A stretch of DNA of 64,000 bases, from assembly GCF_018977255.1 (NCBI RefSeq), contig NW_024704742.1, positions 11,224,001 to 11,288,000 on the forward strand. The letters are read 5' to 3'. Source of the stretch: Callorhinchus milii (Eukaryota). Of the stretch, positions 50,421-64,000 are shown one piece after another (position 1 is the stretch's first letter; each line of letters starts with the position of its first letter). The notes beneath the pieces are model-generated. The model was not told the origin of the DNA, did no database searches, and was given only the letters and a program-made list of their open reading frames with translations. A program made the position numbers and the translations under genes.

Positions 50421-51927
50421 CATCCGTGTTCATGTTTTGCACAAATTAAAAATAGAAGTTTGGATTACAGGCAAAAGTAGCCGTTGCACACGGTGCTCTG
50501 GTGACTTGAGCCCTGTTTATATTGTATATTACTGATGGGGAGGGAACACTGAGCCTGATTGAAGCTTCCTGCTGCACATCACATTGGCTGTGGGCAGCTA
50601 GAAACTATCCCTTGATTTTATAGGTCAACGTGTGCTTAGTTGGGTGTGCAGGTAGAACTTGGAAAGAAATTGGTGTTTAATGTTAATTCAGTTCTTTAAG
50701 AGCATCAGAAACAGCTCTCTGAAAAATCTTTTGTAGCAAGCACCACCTGGTTTATTTAGTGTGAATTCAGATGCTGTTATTTTATAGTCATTTTCACCAC
50801 AGCATACGTGGTGTGGTGATCTGCAGAAACCACAGCGCTGATCAAATGGTTGCATTTGAATATCACAAGAGATTCTGATAAAGAAGGACCTTCTGCCCAT
50901 TTGATCTCACCCTTCCAGGATACATCGCTACCACCTTCCCAATTCCACTATTGAGGTCTATGGTAAATGAGTCCAGCCTATATCATCATTCATATAAACC
51001 AATCTCTTCAATTACCTTGTGTAAAGAAACATTTCCTGGTGTTTTGCCTATAATCTTCCTTCAACAATTCTTAACCTGTGACCTCTTGTCCTATTGCCGT
51101 TGTATGTCTGAAAGTATTGTTACTGCAGTTACCTTCTCTATTCTACTTAGTCATCTTAAATATTTCTATAAGGTCCAGAGTAATACAATTCTGTTCAAGG
51201 TTGGCGAGCCTTAGTTTGTCTCATTGTCTCATGGGAGCCCTTTGTTCCTTAATTAAACACCATTCCATTTTTAAATAAAACTTGATCTCCTATTGAACAG
51301 GATTCTGGTTTTAGCGCATTATGTTCAAGGAATCAGGTGTGAGACTGAATGTATATTTAAGTGCTTATGAGTTATAAAGCTTATGAAATCCAGTAATGCA
51401 ACACAAAATGATTGAAACCCAGCTATTTTTATTCAAACTGCGTGGAAAGGTATTTTGAAACTGTTCATTCTTTGTACAGTTTTTAAAGAAAAACACTGAG
51501 TGTTACCTTTGACGACAAAGTGTGGGAATAAAACCTGAGGAAATGCTTTTGAACCAAATGGTCCATTTCTTTGCTATATTTTAATTTCCTTGCTGTTATA
51601 GTATCGTTCTTATAGACTGTGAATGTTGAAGTGGTGGTGAAATGCTCTGTCCTTTTACTTCAGCCCTGAAACCATATGTATCTTTATTCGGACTGAGTCA
51701 CACTTGTTCTAGTAATAGCCTGAGAATAAGCGGCATTGCAGGAATTTATATGTGGATTAAATCCACACTTTACAAGATAAAGATAAGATATTGTTGGTGT
51801 TAAATTAGTCTGTGATTTGCATTCTGTCTTTGGAAAGCAAAGTGGGCAAAATCTGCTCTGGCTGATGGGGAAAAGCTCCTTTGACAACGACGCTGCAGAA
51901 AGATACTGGTTTGCAAATCATAGTGTT

Positions 51928-54297
51928 TTCATCTCCGATATTTCTACCCTACTAACATCTCTCTGCCTCTGCTCTGATCGCCTCATCATCCTGGGCGACT
52001 TCAAACTGCACTTTACACCCTCCTGCTCCATCTCCTCGGACTTCTCTTCCCTGCTCTCCGCTCAACCTCTCCCTCCACATCAACTCCGCCACTCACAGTC
52101 ACGGCCATCCACTTGATTTGGTGATCACGCGGGGCCTCAGTGTCTCGGATGTCACCATTACCGACAAGGCCGTCTCCGATCACCACTTCATAACCTTCAC
52201 CACCTCCAACCCCCTCCCCACCTCCACCAGACCCACCACCATCTTCTACCGCCCCTGGAAGAAGTTACCCCCACAATCCCTAACCGCTGCCTTGGAGTCC
52301 TCTCAACTCCTCTCCCTCTGGCCTTCAACCCTCACTGACCCCTCTTCTGCTCTCACCCTCCTCCACAACACACTCGACACTCTTGCCCCCATCACCTCCC
52401 GTCCTGTCTCCTACTCTCGCTTCTCCCCCTGGTCCACCACCCACCTCCGCTCACTGAAGAGCCAGGTGCGGGCCGCTGAACATATCTGCCTCAAATCTGG
52501 CCTAACGGTCCACCAACAAATCTGGCTGGACCTCCGCAAAATCTACTGCTCCACTCTAGCCTCAGCCAAGTCGTCCTTCTACTCCAGGATAATCCTGGAG
52601 GCGAAGAACAATCCCAGGCTTCTGTTCTCTACCACATCCCGACTCCTCCGTCCCCCCCGCCACCCCGCGCAGGTCATCTCCTCCAACCTTCACTGCGAGA
52701 AGATGCTGGATTATCCTTGAATCCAAAATCAAGGGAATCTGCTCCGCGGTCACTGCCCCTCCAATTTTCACCCATCACCCACCCCTTCACTCCCACACTC
52801 CCGACTCCTACCCAACCTCCCCTACAAACCTTCGAACCCGTTTCCCCACCCTCTGTCACCATCCTCATCCTGTCCCTGAAACCCACCACCTGCTCCCTGG
52901 ACCCCATCCCCACTCCACTCCTTAACTCCCAGCTCCACCCCCTTGCCCCACTTCTCACAGACATCATCAACCTGTCCCTCTCCTCTGGCTCTGTTCCCAT
53001 TCCCCTAAAATCTGCCACCATCACTCCCACTTTGAAAAAACCCTCCCTTGATGCGTCGCAGCTATCAAGCTACCGGCCCATCTCCAACCTCCCCTTCCTG
53101 TCCAAGGTCCTTGAAAGAGTTGTCACCTCCCAGCTGCGCTCTTTCCTCTCCACCCATTCATTATTTGAACCCCTCCAGTTGGGTTTCCGTGCTGCGTCCC
53201 TCAGGGCTCTGTCCGCGGTCCCTTCCTCTTCACCCTCTACATGCTCCCCTTGGTGACATCATCCGCAGACATGGGGTTAACTTCCACATGTTAACATGTT
53301 CCACATGTTCCACATGGATGACACCCAACTCTACCTTTCCTCCTCTACCCTCAACTCCACGACCACCGATGTCCTGACAGCTGCCTGTCCGACATCGAGT
53401 CCTGGACGAGAGACAACTTCCTTCAGCTCAACGTGCGCAAAACTGAGGCCCTCCTTATTGGCTCACGTCAGCGCCTCCGCACCTCAGGCGCTGACAGCAT
53501 CAGCATCCAAGGCTGCACTCTCCACCTCTCAAAGCCAGTCAGGAACCTCGGTGTTCTGTTCGACCCTGAGCTGTCATTTCTTCCCCACATCCGCACCACA
53601 ACTGGCACCGCCTTCCATCAACTCCGGAATGTCGCCAGACTACGGCACTAACTCACCCCTCACGCTGCTGAAACTCTGGTCCACGCCTTTATCACCTCAA
53701 GGCTGGACTATGGGAACTCTCTCCTCGCCGGCCTTCCCGCCACCTCCCTCCACAAGCTGCAGGTCATTCAGAACTCTGCAGCTCGTGTACTGTCCCGCAC
53801 CAGGCTTCGGGACCACATCACTCCCACCCTCGCTCGCCTCCACTGGCTCCCCATCCCCCAGAGGATCGAATTCAAGATCCTCATCCTCACCTGCAAGGCC
53901 ATTCACGGCCTTGCTCCCTCCTACCTCTCTGACCAACTATCCCCCTACTTACCTGCCTGTACCCTCCGTTCCTCTGTCTCCGGTCTGCTCCACATCCCCC
54001 GCCCTAAACCGCCCTACCATCGGTGGTCGGGCCTTAAGCCTCTCAGCCCCGAGGCTCTGGAACTCTATCCCCCAGTGCCTTCGCCGCCTCTTCCCTTTCC
54101 TCCTTCAAGGCACCGGCCTTTCTCTTCGACTGTGCCTTGAGCTCCCCTCCCCTCTACCCACTCCTCGCTCCCTCCCTTCCCTCCCCTCACCCTGACCATT
54201 TCCCCCCTGCTCGGGTCCCGAGCCAATTGTCCAGCGCCTTGGGACATCCTCCCGACGTGAAAGGAGCTCTATAAATGAAGTCTTGTTGTTGTTGTTT
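51928..54297 (+). mobile_element. L2 LINE (EN through RT to tail), decayed, with internal RT deletion
   Basis: RLIILGDFKLH, AVSDHHFI, PTTCSLDPIPT, SYRPISNLPFLSKVLERVV, DDTQLYL; (TTG)n tail. Confidence 0.93.
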
Positions 54298-55524
54298 TGA
54301 TAGCTGTGGAAGGAAATGTTTCATGCCAGGTTTTCAGATTAGACAATAAATGGAGATTAATGAATTGGATGTGTTTTTGTCAACACGGACAAATCATACG
54401 CATTTGAGTCGGGCACAGTGGGTGCCTTCTGTGCTGTGTCCAAGATGCCAATTCGATCTGTCAATTCTGTTTGTATGGAGCTTGCTTTTGATAAATGCAT
54501 TTATTTGGGTATTTATTTTGATCTAGAAATATTCTTTTGTCAGGCGTTTCGGTCAGTCACACTGCTCAACTTGATACTTTGCTGGTATCATTTTTAATAT
54601 AGCATGTTCTCGACTCTTCATACCTGGAGCAAGGTGTAAACATTTTTTAACTCCTGTCAGGAGTTTCTGCGAAGACATAGACTAAACACAGTTGGTGCTT
54701 ACCTTGTCAAAATATCGGTGACATCTTTTATTTGAATCCGGGTGACTGCAAAATGAAGTCTTTAAATGTTGTAAATTTGCGTGTTGGGTCTTAAAATGCC
54801 CTTGCACGTTGACACAGCTGAATTTATATCCCTTGGAGGTCTATAAAATTGGATTGCCACCACATTACTGTGGATGTCAACATTTTCTTAAATTACCTTT
54901 GCACGAGTTCTGAGTAAATAGGCTTGAGGTCTGGCAATGAGAAATAAACGTTGCCCATATAGTACATAATTACAACAATTTTACAAAATTGGATGTAACC
55001 AGTCATAATTTTAACATGCTAAATTAACATGCTATATGTATTGTAATGTTGCCTTGTGACTAATGGGATTAAAAGAGAGTGCACAATTTCACTGTTTCAT
55101 TTTGATTTTAATTTAGCCAATTCTCCCCCCCCCCCCCACACCCCAGTCCCATTAGTTTTGTTTGTATTTTAGAATTTGTTTCTTTAAGCTGGTCTTTTGC
55201 ACTCTTGATATCTCTTGGCATGTGTTTCTAAAAGAGGACTTTGGATTCTCACTTGTTTCTTCACCCTCTCATCGTAGGGTAATGTTTAATTAGCAAGGTT
55301 CACAAATTAGTATGTTGTTTCAATTGTAGTTGGTATTAGTGACCTATTGTGCATTACACACTATTAGTGTGGTTCAGCCACATCCAAGGATTAATGGCGA
55401 AACATCTTATTTCATCTTAGCGATTGGAAGTCCCACTCCATTGTTGATTTGTTCAGCCATGGACTTACACTGTTCTTTCCTCTCTGATGTTCAGTGAAGG
55501 ACTGCTATTAAGAGATTAGTTGAT

Positions 55525-55890
55525 GATAATAATAATAATCCTTTCAGTTGATATAGCACCCTATCATGGCTTTGAGACGTCTCAAAGCACTTCACAGAAT
55601 GTACTGTTAAGTGAATCGACTGTATGTATATTGTGGGAGAAATACAGCAGCCAATTGTACACAGCAGTACCCCGCAAACAGTCATGGATTGAGTGACCAA
55701 ATTATTTTTATTTATTTTGAGAGGAATTATTACCCCGGGAAAAGTGATCCGCCAATCGACTAACAACCAGGTTCCTATTTACTGCTAGGAGCACAGAGGT
55801 GTGTGGAGTAAGAAAACTTGCCCAATGTTTTGCCGTGCCAGGAATTAAACCCAGATCCTTTTGTTTGTAAGGTGAGTGCTATAACCCCTA
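55525..55890 (-). mobile_element. tRNA/CORE-like SINE (family A)
   Basis: Colinear with the other copies. Confidence 0.9.
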
Positions 55891-56834
55891 AGCTGCAGCA
55901 TTAGAGATCCACAGGGCAAGGATTCTATTGAAACTGGCTGAAGAATCCTGGCCTCTGCTTAGCAACTGGTCACAGTGGGATGATTGAAATTGAGAGTTCA
56001 TTGTACAGGGAATTGTACACACAGCCTTTTTATGGAGCATTAGGGTTTTTTGGAGGAACAGCCAACAAGTAAGACATTTAAAAATGGCAACAGAAAGTGA
56101 GTGATACTGAGCTATTGTTATCACCATTAGTAATTTGTTCACAAGACAAAAGATTCCCTAGCGTTTGAGGACATTCTGCTAATCTAAATTTCATCATTGG
56201 GTTCAGTGGCCTAATTGCTGCTGTAGAGTAGAGCCGCCTCACATCCCACCAAATGTGGTCCATTTCAGGCCTCAGTTCATGCAGGTATCAATTGTCGCAC
56301 TGAATAGCTCTTTGTCTTCTTTTTCCTCTTCTCCCCCCCCTCCAACCCTTCCCATCTTCTATCTAAATATAGTATTTATGGATGCCAGTTCATGAATCAA
56401 ATTGGATTTATCTGATCCTGTCTTAAATTTGTGGGCAAATTGCAGCCTAGCAATCTTGTGTTTCTTTATAGAGTTGTTGCCTATTTTGTTTGATTTTCAC
56501 TTTGTACTCATCATCCATGATGGTTTCTGGGCTTTTTGCAGCATTTTTCAATCTTGCTGATGAACTGACTATTTTATCTGAGGTTCCAATCAGATTGTTT
56601 GACTGACTGAGGGTCTTAAACAGTTAGACTGAATTTGCTATTGAACTTGTCCATTGTGCAGAACCTTTTATCCCCGTGTTTAATTGCACTTGTGGAAATG
56701 GAATTCAGTCCTAGAAAAATAATCATCCCAATCCACATTATTTCAGAAGAATAAGGCTTTGGGAATAGCCAAATAATCCTTGGAACATTTTTAATTTTCA
56801 TTCTTTTTTCCTTTTTTCATAAAAAGGCCTTGTT

Positions 56835-57415
56835 GGGACAGCCAAAACCCTCGTCCACGGCTTCGTCACTTCCCAGCTGGACTATTCCAATGCCCTTCTT
56901 GCTGGTCTTCCCAGCTCTACCATACACAAAATCCAATTAATTCAAACCTCCCTCACCCGGATACTCACCCATACAAAACTCTGTAACTCCATCATACCAG
57001 CCCTTGCCAGGCTCCACTGGATCCCAATCACCGAACACATTGATTTCAAGATCCTCTCACTTGTTTTCAAATCACTTCATGCCCTCCACCTCCCTACCTC
57101 TCCGATCTACTTAACCCGCACTCCACCACCTGCTATCTCCACTCGGCTGGCTCTGGCCTCCTGTTTGCCTCTCACCCCCTCCACTCCACCATCGATGGCT
57201 GTGCCTTTAGCCTTCAGCCCTGAAACACTGGAACTCAATCCCTCCGCTTTGCCCACTACTTCCCCATCTTTAAATCCCACCTAACGACTTTCCTTTTTCA
57301 CCATGCTTATGGTCACCTCTCTCTCCCCTTGGATCGATGTCAGACTCCGCCACTGTGAATCACTCTGGGCCATTACCCCACATGAAGTGCGCTATATAAA
57401 TGCAGGTTGTTGTTG
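56835..57415 (+). mobile_element. L2 3' fragment
   Basis: [30 protein letters not shown]; tail gcgctatataaatgcaggttgttgttg. Confidence 0.88.
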
Positions 57416-57599
57416 TACCCAGCAGAAAACTTTGGATAGATTCTTCCGTTACTGTTGTTGATCTGTGGGTTCTTTCTTTGAGGAATGGGTGGGTCAAGAA
57501 ATCACATCTTATAGCCACGCATTTAGCTGGTAAGGGATGAGTTTAGTGCGGTTCTCAAGAGACTTATGCTGCTATGAAGCCAAGGCAGATCAAAGGCTA

Positions 57600-57880
57600 T
57601 CTGATAATAGGGATGCTACAATTGGCTTCAGCATCCCCAGGCTAGGGAGGGGTGAAATCAGCTTGGGTCCCCCTCCTGTTCTTGATTACTGGGTAGTGGA
57701 AATTGTGAATATCAGATGAAAAAAGGATTGATCTTACTTGTGATGCCCTCCTCAGTCCAACACTCCCTTTCCAGACTCATCACAGTGTTCCTTTGCACAA
57801 GACACCAGAGTGTGTACAACACTCATGGAAGTGCACCTCAGCAGGCGTTGGTGCTTTCAAGGAAGAAAAATTGGCAAGAA
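57600..57880 (+). mobile_element. Old SINE (family C)
   Basis: gctacaattggcttcagcatccccaggctagggagggg...cttgtgatgccctcc; weakly similar to 26605-26950. Confidence 0.45.
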
Positions 57881-58279
57881 GAAAATTTATTTCTTTATAA
57901 GTAGATCAGACAGAAAGAGTGATTCACTGTGATTGCGCATCTGTTTGCAAACTGATCAGGTGATCTGTCCACTGGTCCTTAATGTTTCTCAATCCAATAG
58001 TTGAAGTTTCATTGAGCTATTGAGACTAATGCTTGACAATTTAGAATAAATTTCCTTACGAAGGAGTCTGGGTTATTATTGAGGAATCCCATTAGAAATG
58101 ACTCTATGTTGGTCCCCATTGTCAGATTGCAATCGTCAGTAGAGTTTCTCTTTCAACGTTGGGAATCAGATTAAATCCAGATCAACAAAGACAATTGCAA
58201 CTTCCCACATATAAAATAGTGGCCCCGGCAATTGAGATATATGATGAGGGATTCAAACTGAGATACATGGCATTCCTTT

Positions 58280-58652
58280 TGTTTCGCCCACAAAATATAA
58301 AGTGTATTCACTTTACAGTATATTCTGTGAAGTGCTTTGAGACGTCTCAACATGATAAGGCGCTATAACAGATGCAATTATTATTGAAGGAGCCGTGGAT
58401 AGAAGATACACAATGGTCCTACGTAGATTTCTAGAAAATGAACCACAAAAATAATAATCCCTCCAAAAAAATAATAAATTGGTCACTTTCAATCCATGAC
58501 TGTCTGTGGGACACTGTTGTTCGCAATTGGCTGCCTCATTTCGCCCACAAATATACGGTCAATTCACTTTACAGCATATTCTGTGAAACGCTTTGAGACG
58601 TCTAGAATACGTGAAAAGCGCTATATCAAATGCAAGGATTATATTATTATTA
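58280..58652 (+). mobile_element. Two family A SINE 3' fragments
   Basis: 58280-58385 and 58450-58652 match the family A body and tail. Confidence 0.85.
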
Positions 58653-61112
58653 ATGTTATCAGACCACGTGCGTGCAGCAGGTGTGAGTTAATTATAAGGT
58701 TCAACTTGTGAGTGAGTTGTTACCTTTTACTGAGCCTGACGCAGGGAGACAATTTGTTTTGAAAAAAAATTGTTGAAATAAGTATAATCCTTAAAATAAA
58801 TCCATGATTTGAGGCAGATACTTGGAGTTGTGCATTGAAGCCTCCGATTCAATATTGTTTGTTGTGCCTTATTGCAAAATAACTGATTGAATATTGCCCG
58901 ATGTTTTTCCAAACTCATCTTTGGTACAAACTTTATTAGCAACAGAGGGAGCTATTCTAACAAATCTTAGAAGGCAATCCCATCAATCTCTTAGCAGCTG
59001 GAGAAATCTCACAAACAGTTTACAGAATGCTAACGTTCTGTTATGTACATGTAAATTCCTATTGTGCTGCAGTGCTGTGGTTTCGTCTTGGTCTCCTATT
59101 GTGGTTGCTCACTTATTGGTCTGAGATGTTTGTAAGAGATCATTGCAATAGTCGCTGTTTATATGAATTAGTTGTAGATGCATTTTATGTAGTGTGTGTG
59201 GTCCAGAATTTCTTTTAGATATAAATATGTCAAATATGTATTCACCTACACCCTTTTTTTGTTAATGTTCAGATTTCTCCAGTGATACTTCAATTCTCCT
59301 TGCCCCTTGAAACATAGGGCTTTAATTTGTGATGTAGAAGGGCTATTGGGGTGATTTCCACTGGTGTTTGTATTTTGGAAATTCATATTTGGCCATTTTG
59401 TAAATTAGACCCTGTGTCAATTGAACAGCACAAATATCCAAAAGCATTCAATGGACAGCTTGAGTAGTGTAGTGAGTGGCTTAGGTGCTTACAGAATTGC
59501 AGAGGGTTCTCTGTTGGTTTGATGTTAGTACGTACTTAATTGGTATAGCCACAAGGATTCACGCACTACCCCAATTAACTAGGAGGCCCCCTCTGCCCTC
59601 TTCCTGTACATTGTTTGGGATGAACCGTTCAGAGCAATTCTAAACATGAATATTGGGGATTGTCAAACGAAAGGAAATGCAGAATTCGTCCGATTAGCAA
59701 AATATAAAGTCCCTTTTTTATGAATAACATTCAACGCCGCAGTTAATGTTATGGTTACTGTTCTTCTTGATTTCAGCTCAATGATCTGTATTTTCGAGTG
59801 GGTGTTCTGTACGTTTTTAAAATGTAAACCAGCACCAAACAAAGTTTATATTTTTGTCTGTTTGTTTCTGTATGTTTACACTGTGGAGACATTGATTATT
59901 ATAATTTTGAAATGAATTTCTCATCAGTAACGCAAACTGCTCCATGTCCCATCCCCTGTCTATCTTTGGACTTGACAAAAGAGCTGTGAATAGGACATCT
60001 ATACGGAACTTGAACACACTTTGTCAAAGCTGCAGATTCCCTAAAACGTTTTGTTATTTATATTACTCCATCAGCATTTATAACAAACATGTTTTCAACA
60101 AATTATGGCATTGTGTCAATCCACCAGTAGTTTCTATTTTATGTCAAATTGCATATGAAAGAAACCTGCTTTGAGCATAGCAGCTTGTTGTGGTTGCTAA
60201 GCATGTATTAAACATTATTAATCAATGAATAAATTAATCATATTAAAGCATTTTATGGACCATTTGACTGTGAAGAGAGCTATCTAATTGTCTCGGTGGC
60301 TGAATTTAAAATTAAACCTTACCTACATTGTGTCTGACTTTTTTTTAAAGTGAATTGGTCCATGCAACAAAATTTGCTCTCAGGTATATCTTGTTATACA
60401 ACATATAAATTGACAGAAGAATTATTCTTTCTGAAATTGATGCTGTTTGCTTGAAGGCGATGTATAATTACAGTAATAAACTCAAAGGTATGTTTAAATG
60501 GTGGGTAGAAAATACACTGCAGGGTTGGATTAACTACTTGTTGTAGTCTGTTTTCCAAACTAATCCTGATGTGCATTAATCCCAAATAATGAATACCTTT
60601 TGTTGTTGCTCAATTAAACACTTTAGAACAACAAGCATAGACCAGTCAGTGCCCTGGGCAGACTGCTGGTTTTACAGATTCATTATTTTGGCAGTTCAAA
60701 AAGTGCTGTCACTTTTTTGAAGAACAATTCTCAGAAAGGTTTTGAAATTCTGATACTTGGAAACTACAGTGTTTCCATTTTAAAACTGCATTTTGGTGGG
60801 GGGAGATTTTTTTAAATTGGTGCGTACAGCAACAGCTGCAGGTTAGATGGGAGCAAAAGCCACTCTTGAAGAATAGAAATTTAAAGAAGTCAACATGCTG
60901 CATGACATCAAATAAATTATTGTAACACAAACAAACATATTAGGAATTAACAACAACAGAAGATTGCATTTATATAGCAGCTTTCACATCTGGACGACGT
61001 CACAGGCATTGGACACTCAAGATTTGCACCCTTTTTGGGGATTGGATTTGTGAGGGGTGTATGAGGGAGATAATAATAATAATAATAATATTAATCCTTG
61101 CATTTGATATAG

Positions 61113-61430
61113 CGTCCTCACCCTTGTCTTCAAATCCCTCCACTCCTCTGAACCCCCCCGACCTCTCTGACCTCTCTCCTCACAACAGTGCCCATTGCCT
61201 TCGCTCAACTGGGTCTGACCTCCTCCTTGTCCCCCGAATCCTCTGTTCCACCATTGGCGGCCGTGCTTTCAGCCACTACGCCCCGAGGCTCTGGAACTCC
61301 CTTCCTCACTCCCTTCGCCTCGCCCCCTCTCTTCCCACTTTCAGGTCTCGGCTGAAGACTTTTCTTTTCGACTGCACCTTTGGTCACCTTCCTCCCCCTC
61401 GATCTGTTACTGTGAAGAGCATGCTGTGAA
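61113..61430 (+). mobile_element. L2 3' fragment abutting an antisense SINE tail
   Basis: STIGGRAFSHYAPRLWNSLPHSLRLAPSLPTFRSRLKTFLF. Confidence 0.88.
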
Positions 61431-63271
61431 TGGGAAATTCACTGGCTAAATTTCTTATTGCCCTACATGTACACAAACATAGTAGCTATTCAATCATGCC
61501 TTGACAATTATAAAGAACATTTTGTGGACAAACCAAATAACTGATAACCCATAAAGTTGCATCAGGTAAGCACAAGGCATCTTACGCTTTGCAGAGTTGC
61601 GACCAGTCAACCGTGACTGGATACACAGAAAGCAGTGGAAGTGCTGAGTTGGTGTACACAGCATTATGGAATTTTTTTTAACAGCGTAGGTGATTATACA
61701 TTCTAATCGCTTGCCTCCCCCCTTCCCCGAAACATGAAGGTCGCAAGGTCAGTAATTGGTGCTTTATTAATTCAGATTTGAAAACTTGTTTCCGTGTAAC
61801 GTACAATGGAACTTTCTCAGGGCCTTTTAAAGCTAAAGTGTGTGCGTCGTAGAATTTGACAAGATCATTTGAGCAAGAGGTAAAGGAAATGGAGTTTCAA
61901 CTAATTGAGACTTGAACTAGTCGCTAATTGATATCTACAGCAACTCGTTCAATATTGTTTAATTAAAGGAAAATAGAAAAGCAAGTCAGCTTTTAATTGT
62001 GGTGGCTGGAGCAGATCCCAAGTTTTTACACTTAGCACAAAGCCAAGGGGAACAGTTGGCTTTAAAATACAGTGACAATTCAAGTTAGAGAATTAGAATT
62101 TTAAACCTTCTCAAGTGAAAGGAGCACTGGATGGCAGCCGAATGTGCCTGCTTTCAGTTTTACACACTGTTCTTCCAATTGGAAGTAATGGAAACTGGAA
62201 AGAAAAATCACAAGCTCTTCGTAATTGCAAATTAAAGCTGTTCTGGCGATTATGATCTAGGCTTTATTCAATGTTGACAAATGTTTTGAATTTAAACTGG
62301 ACTTTTTCAGTATATACAGTGGATGGTTCATGATTTTTCAAGTTTCGAGGATGTTTAGGGGATTTCTCTGACTTTTTTCAGCATAATGAGTTCTAGAATT
62401 TTTACAGGGATTGATAGGTTGTGAACCCTCGTGTAAAATTCTGTTCAACTTGTTTGCATCAAATCTCAGAAAGCTAATGTATAATGACAATAAGAAAAGG
62501 AACTCACTTTACCTTCACAATCTAAATCACATTCAGAATTCTGCACCTGATTGTGTGGAAGATTGTGCTGAATGGAATTCACTGTGCTTTAAAACCTGGG
62601 TGATGTGGAGCTTTGAATTGCCATGTGATCAGTCCCACTTCACTATGATGCCTTGCTTTCAATTATATCCCGTATAGTTCAGAACTTGAATTGTAACAGA
62701 CAGCTGGATTGATAAATAATGTGTATTATATTATTGGTATAATGTGTATGAATCCTCTATTGAGATCTGGCCGTGCGTTGAGACCTATTGATAACTAACA
62801 TAATTGGCTCTAGGTTTGTCGAGCAGAGGTGGAGGTGCTGAATGTTAGGACATTTTCCCAAAGAATTAATAGAAAACTGAAGGTTTTGTTAGACAAGGCT
62901 GTGAATCTGCCGGTCATTACCTTGCTTTTCTGTAGATTGGGGACAGGTTCACTTGCCTAATTCTTCGCTGATCAGAGTTTGTAACCTCAAATTAAGGTGT
63001 GCGGTTCAAAGAAATCCTATTTACTCTAATTATGTTAAATGTTATGTTGGGTAGATAAGGAATAGTAACAATTAAAACACTACATTTTCATAACAAGTGT
63101 TTAAACGTGTATTTCATGTAGACAATTGTGCTTTTGGCAATCGTATGCAAATTGTGCAGTGTTAGCTTGTCTGAGTTCACAGAACTCTCACCTCTGAACC
63201 ATAGTTTGAAACCCAAGTAAGTACTTGAAATCTGTATCTGTATCATAGCCAAGCCTGACTTACTAGTGGAG

Positions 63272-63708
63272 TAATAACAATAATCCCTGCATTTGATATT
63301 CAACAACAACAACAACAAGATTCCATTTATAAAGCGCCTTTCACGTCAGGAGGACGCCTTTCACGTCATATAGTGCCTTATCACATCTTTGAGACATTTC
63401 AAAGTGCTTCACAGAATATACTGTAAAGTGAATTGATTATATTTGTGGGTGAAACGTGGCAACCAATTGCGCACAGCAGTGTCCCACAAACAGTCATGGA
63501 TTGAGTGACCAATATTATTTTTTTTGAAGGAATTATTATCCCGGAAAAGCGAACCATCAATCAATCAAGAACCGGGTTCCTACTTACTGCTCGGAAAACA
63601 GAGGCTTGTGGAGTAAGGAAACTTGCCCAACAATTTGCCCTGCCAGGGATCGAACCCAAGTCTCTCGCTTGCGAGGCGAGTGCTCTAACCACTGAGCTGC
63701 AGGTCTCC
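63272..63708 (-). mobile_element. Full-length family A SINE with a small L2-tail insertion
   Basis: Reverse-complement head gagacctgcagctcagtggttagagcactcgcctcgcaagcgagagacttgggttcgatccctggc. Confidence 0.9.
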
Positions 63709-64000
63709 ACAATAATGTGGCAATGCTGCATTTTCAACAATGCTATCTTTCATTTGAGGTGTTAAAGATCCATGACACACCTCAAAGGGAGAAAGTAGTT
63801 TTTCCTGTGCTTGTAGCTTGCAATATCCTAGATCATGGCTGTGTGAAATGACTGCATAAACAGTCAACGCTTCACGACAATTACTTTTGAAGCTCTTTGA
63901 GATGTTTGGAATAAAAAGGTGTTACAAACATTTACATTTATTTGTGTAAACTGATTTGAATACCTTTTGTGAAACAGACCAGTGATTGCTTATTTGTTTG

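Noticed and set aside
63640..63708. tRNA-Ala gene
   Set aside because: SINE head: no proper acceptor stem or terminator, and always followed by the SINE body
1..64000. CRISPR array, retron, defence or other prokaryotic system
   Set aside because: Vertebrate LINE/SINE landscape; no regularly spaced repeat-spacer array, and the RTs are non-LTR retrotransposon type

Overview
Eukaryotic, repeat-rich vertebrate genomic DNA. The L2/CR1/tRNA-SINE complement suggests a cartilaginous fish, possibly a holocephalan; this comes from my recall of repeat families, not from a database search. I found no intact host protein-coding ORF. The long ORFs in the track are either decayed LINE fragments (L2 and CR1 endonuclease/RT) or stop-free simple repeats. 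The window contains about 20 copies of a tRNA-Ala-like/CORE-like SINE with an L2-type 3' tail, an older Deu-type SINE, many L2 and CR1 fragments and small DNA-transposon MITEs, several of them nested. A CpG-rich promoter-like block at about 42.65 kb is followed by a putative 5' exon containing a tetramer-built tandem repeat and a 1.6-kb CT/GT satellite, and probably by intron of an unidentified + strand gene. I see no CRISPR, prokaryotic or demonstrably new system. The most notable items are a near full-length single-ORF-type L2 with a promoter-like 5' end, a three-tier SINE>hAT>CR1 nest, a 48-bp palindromic hAT MITE, the composite SINE and the promoter/repeat architecture. Boundaries of old repeats are approximate.
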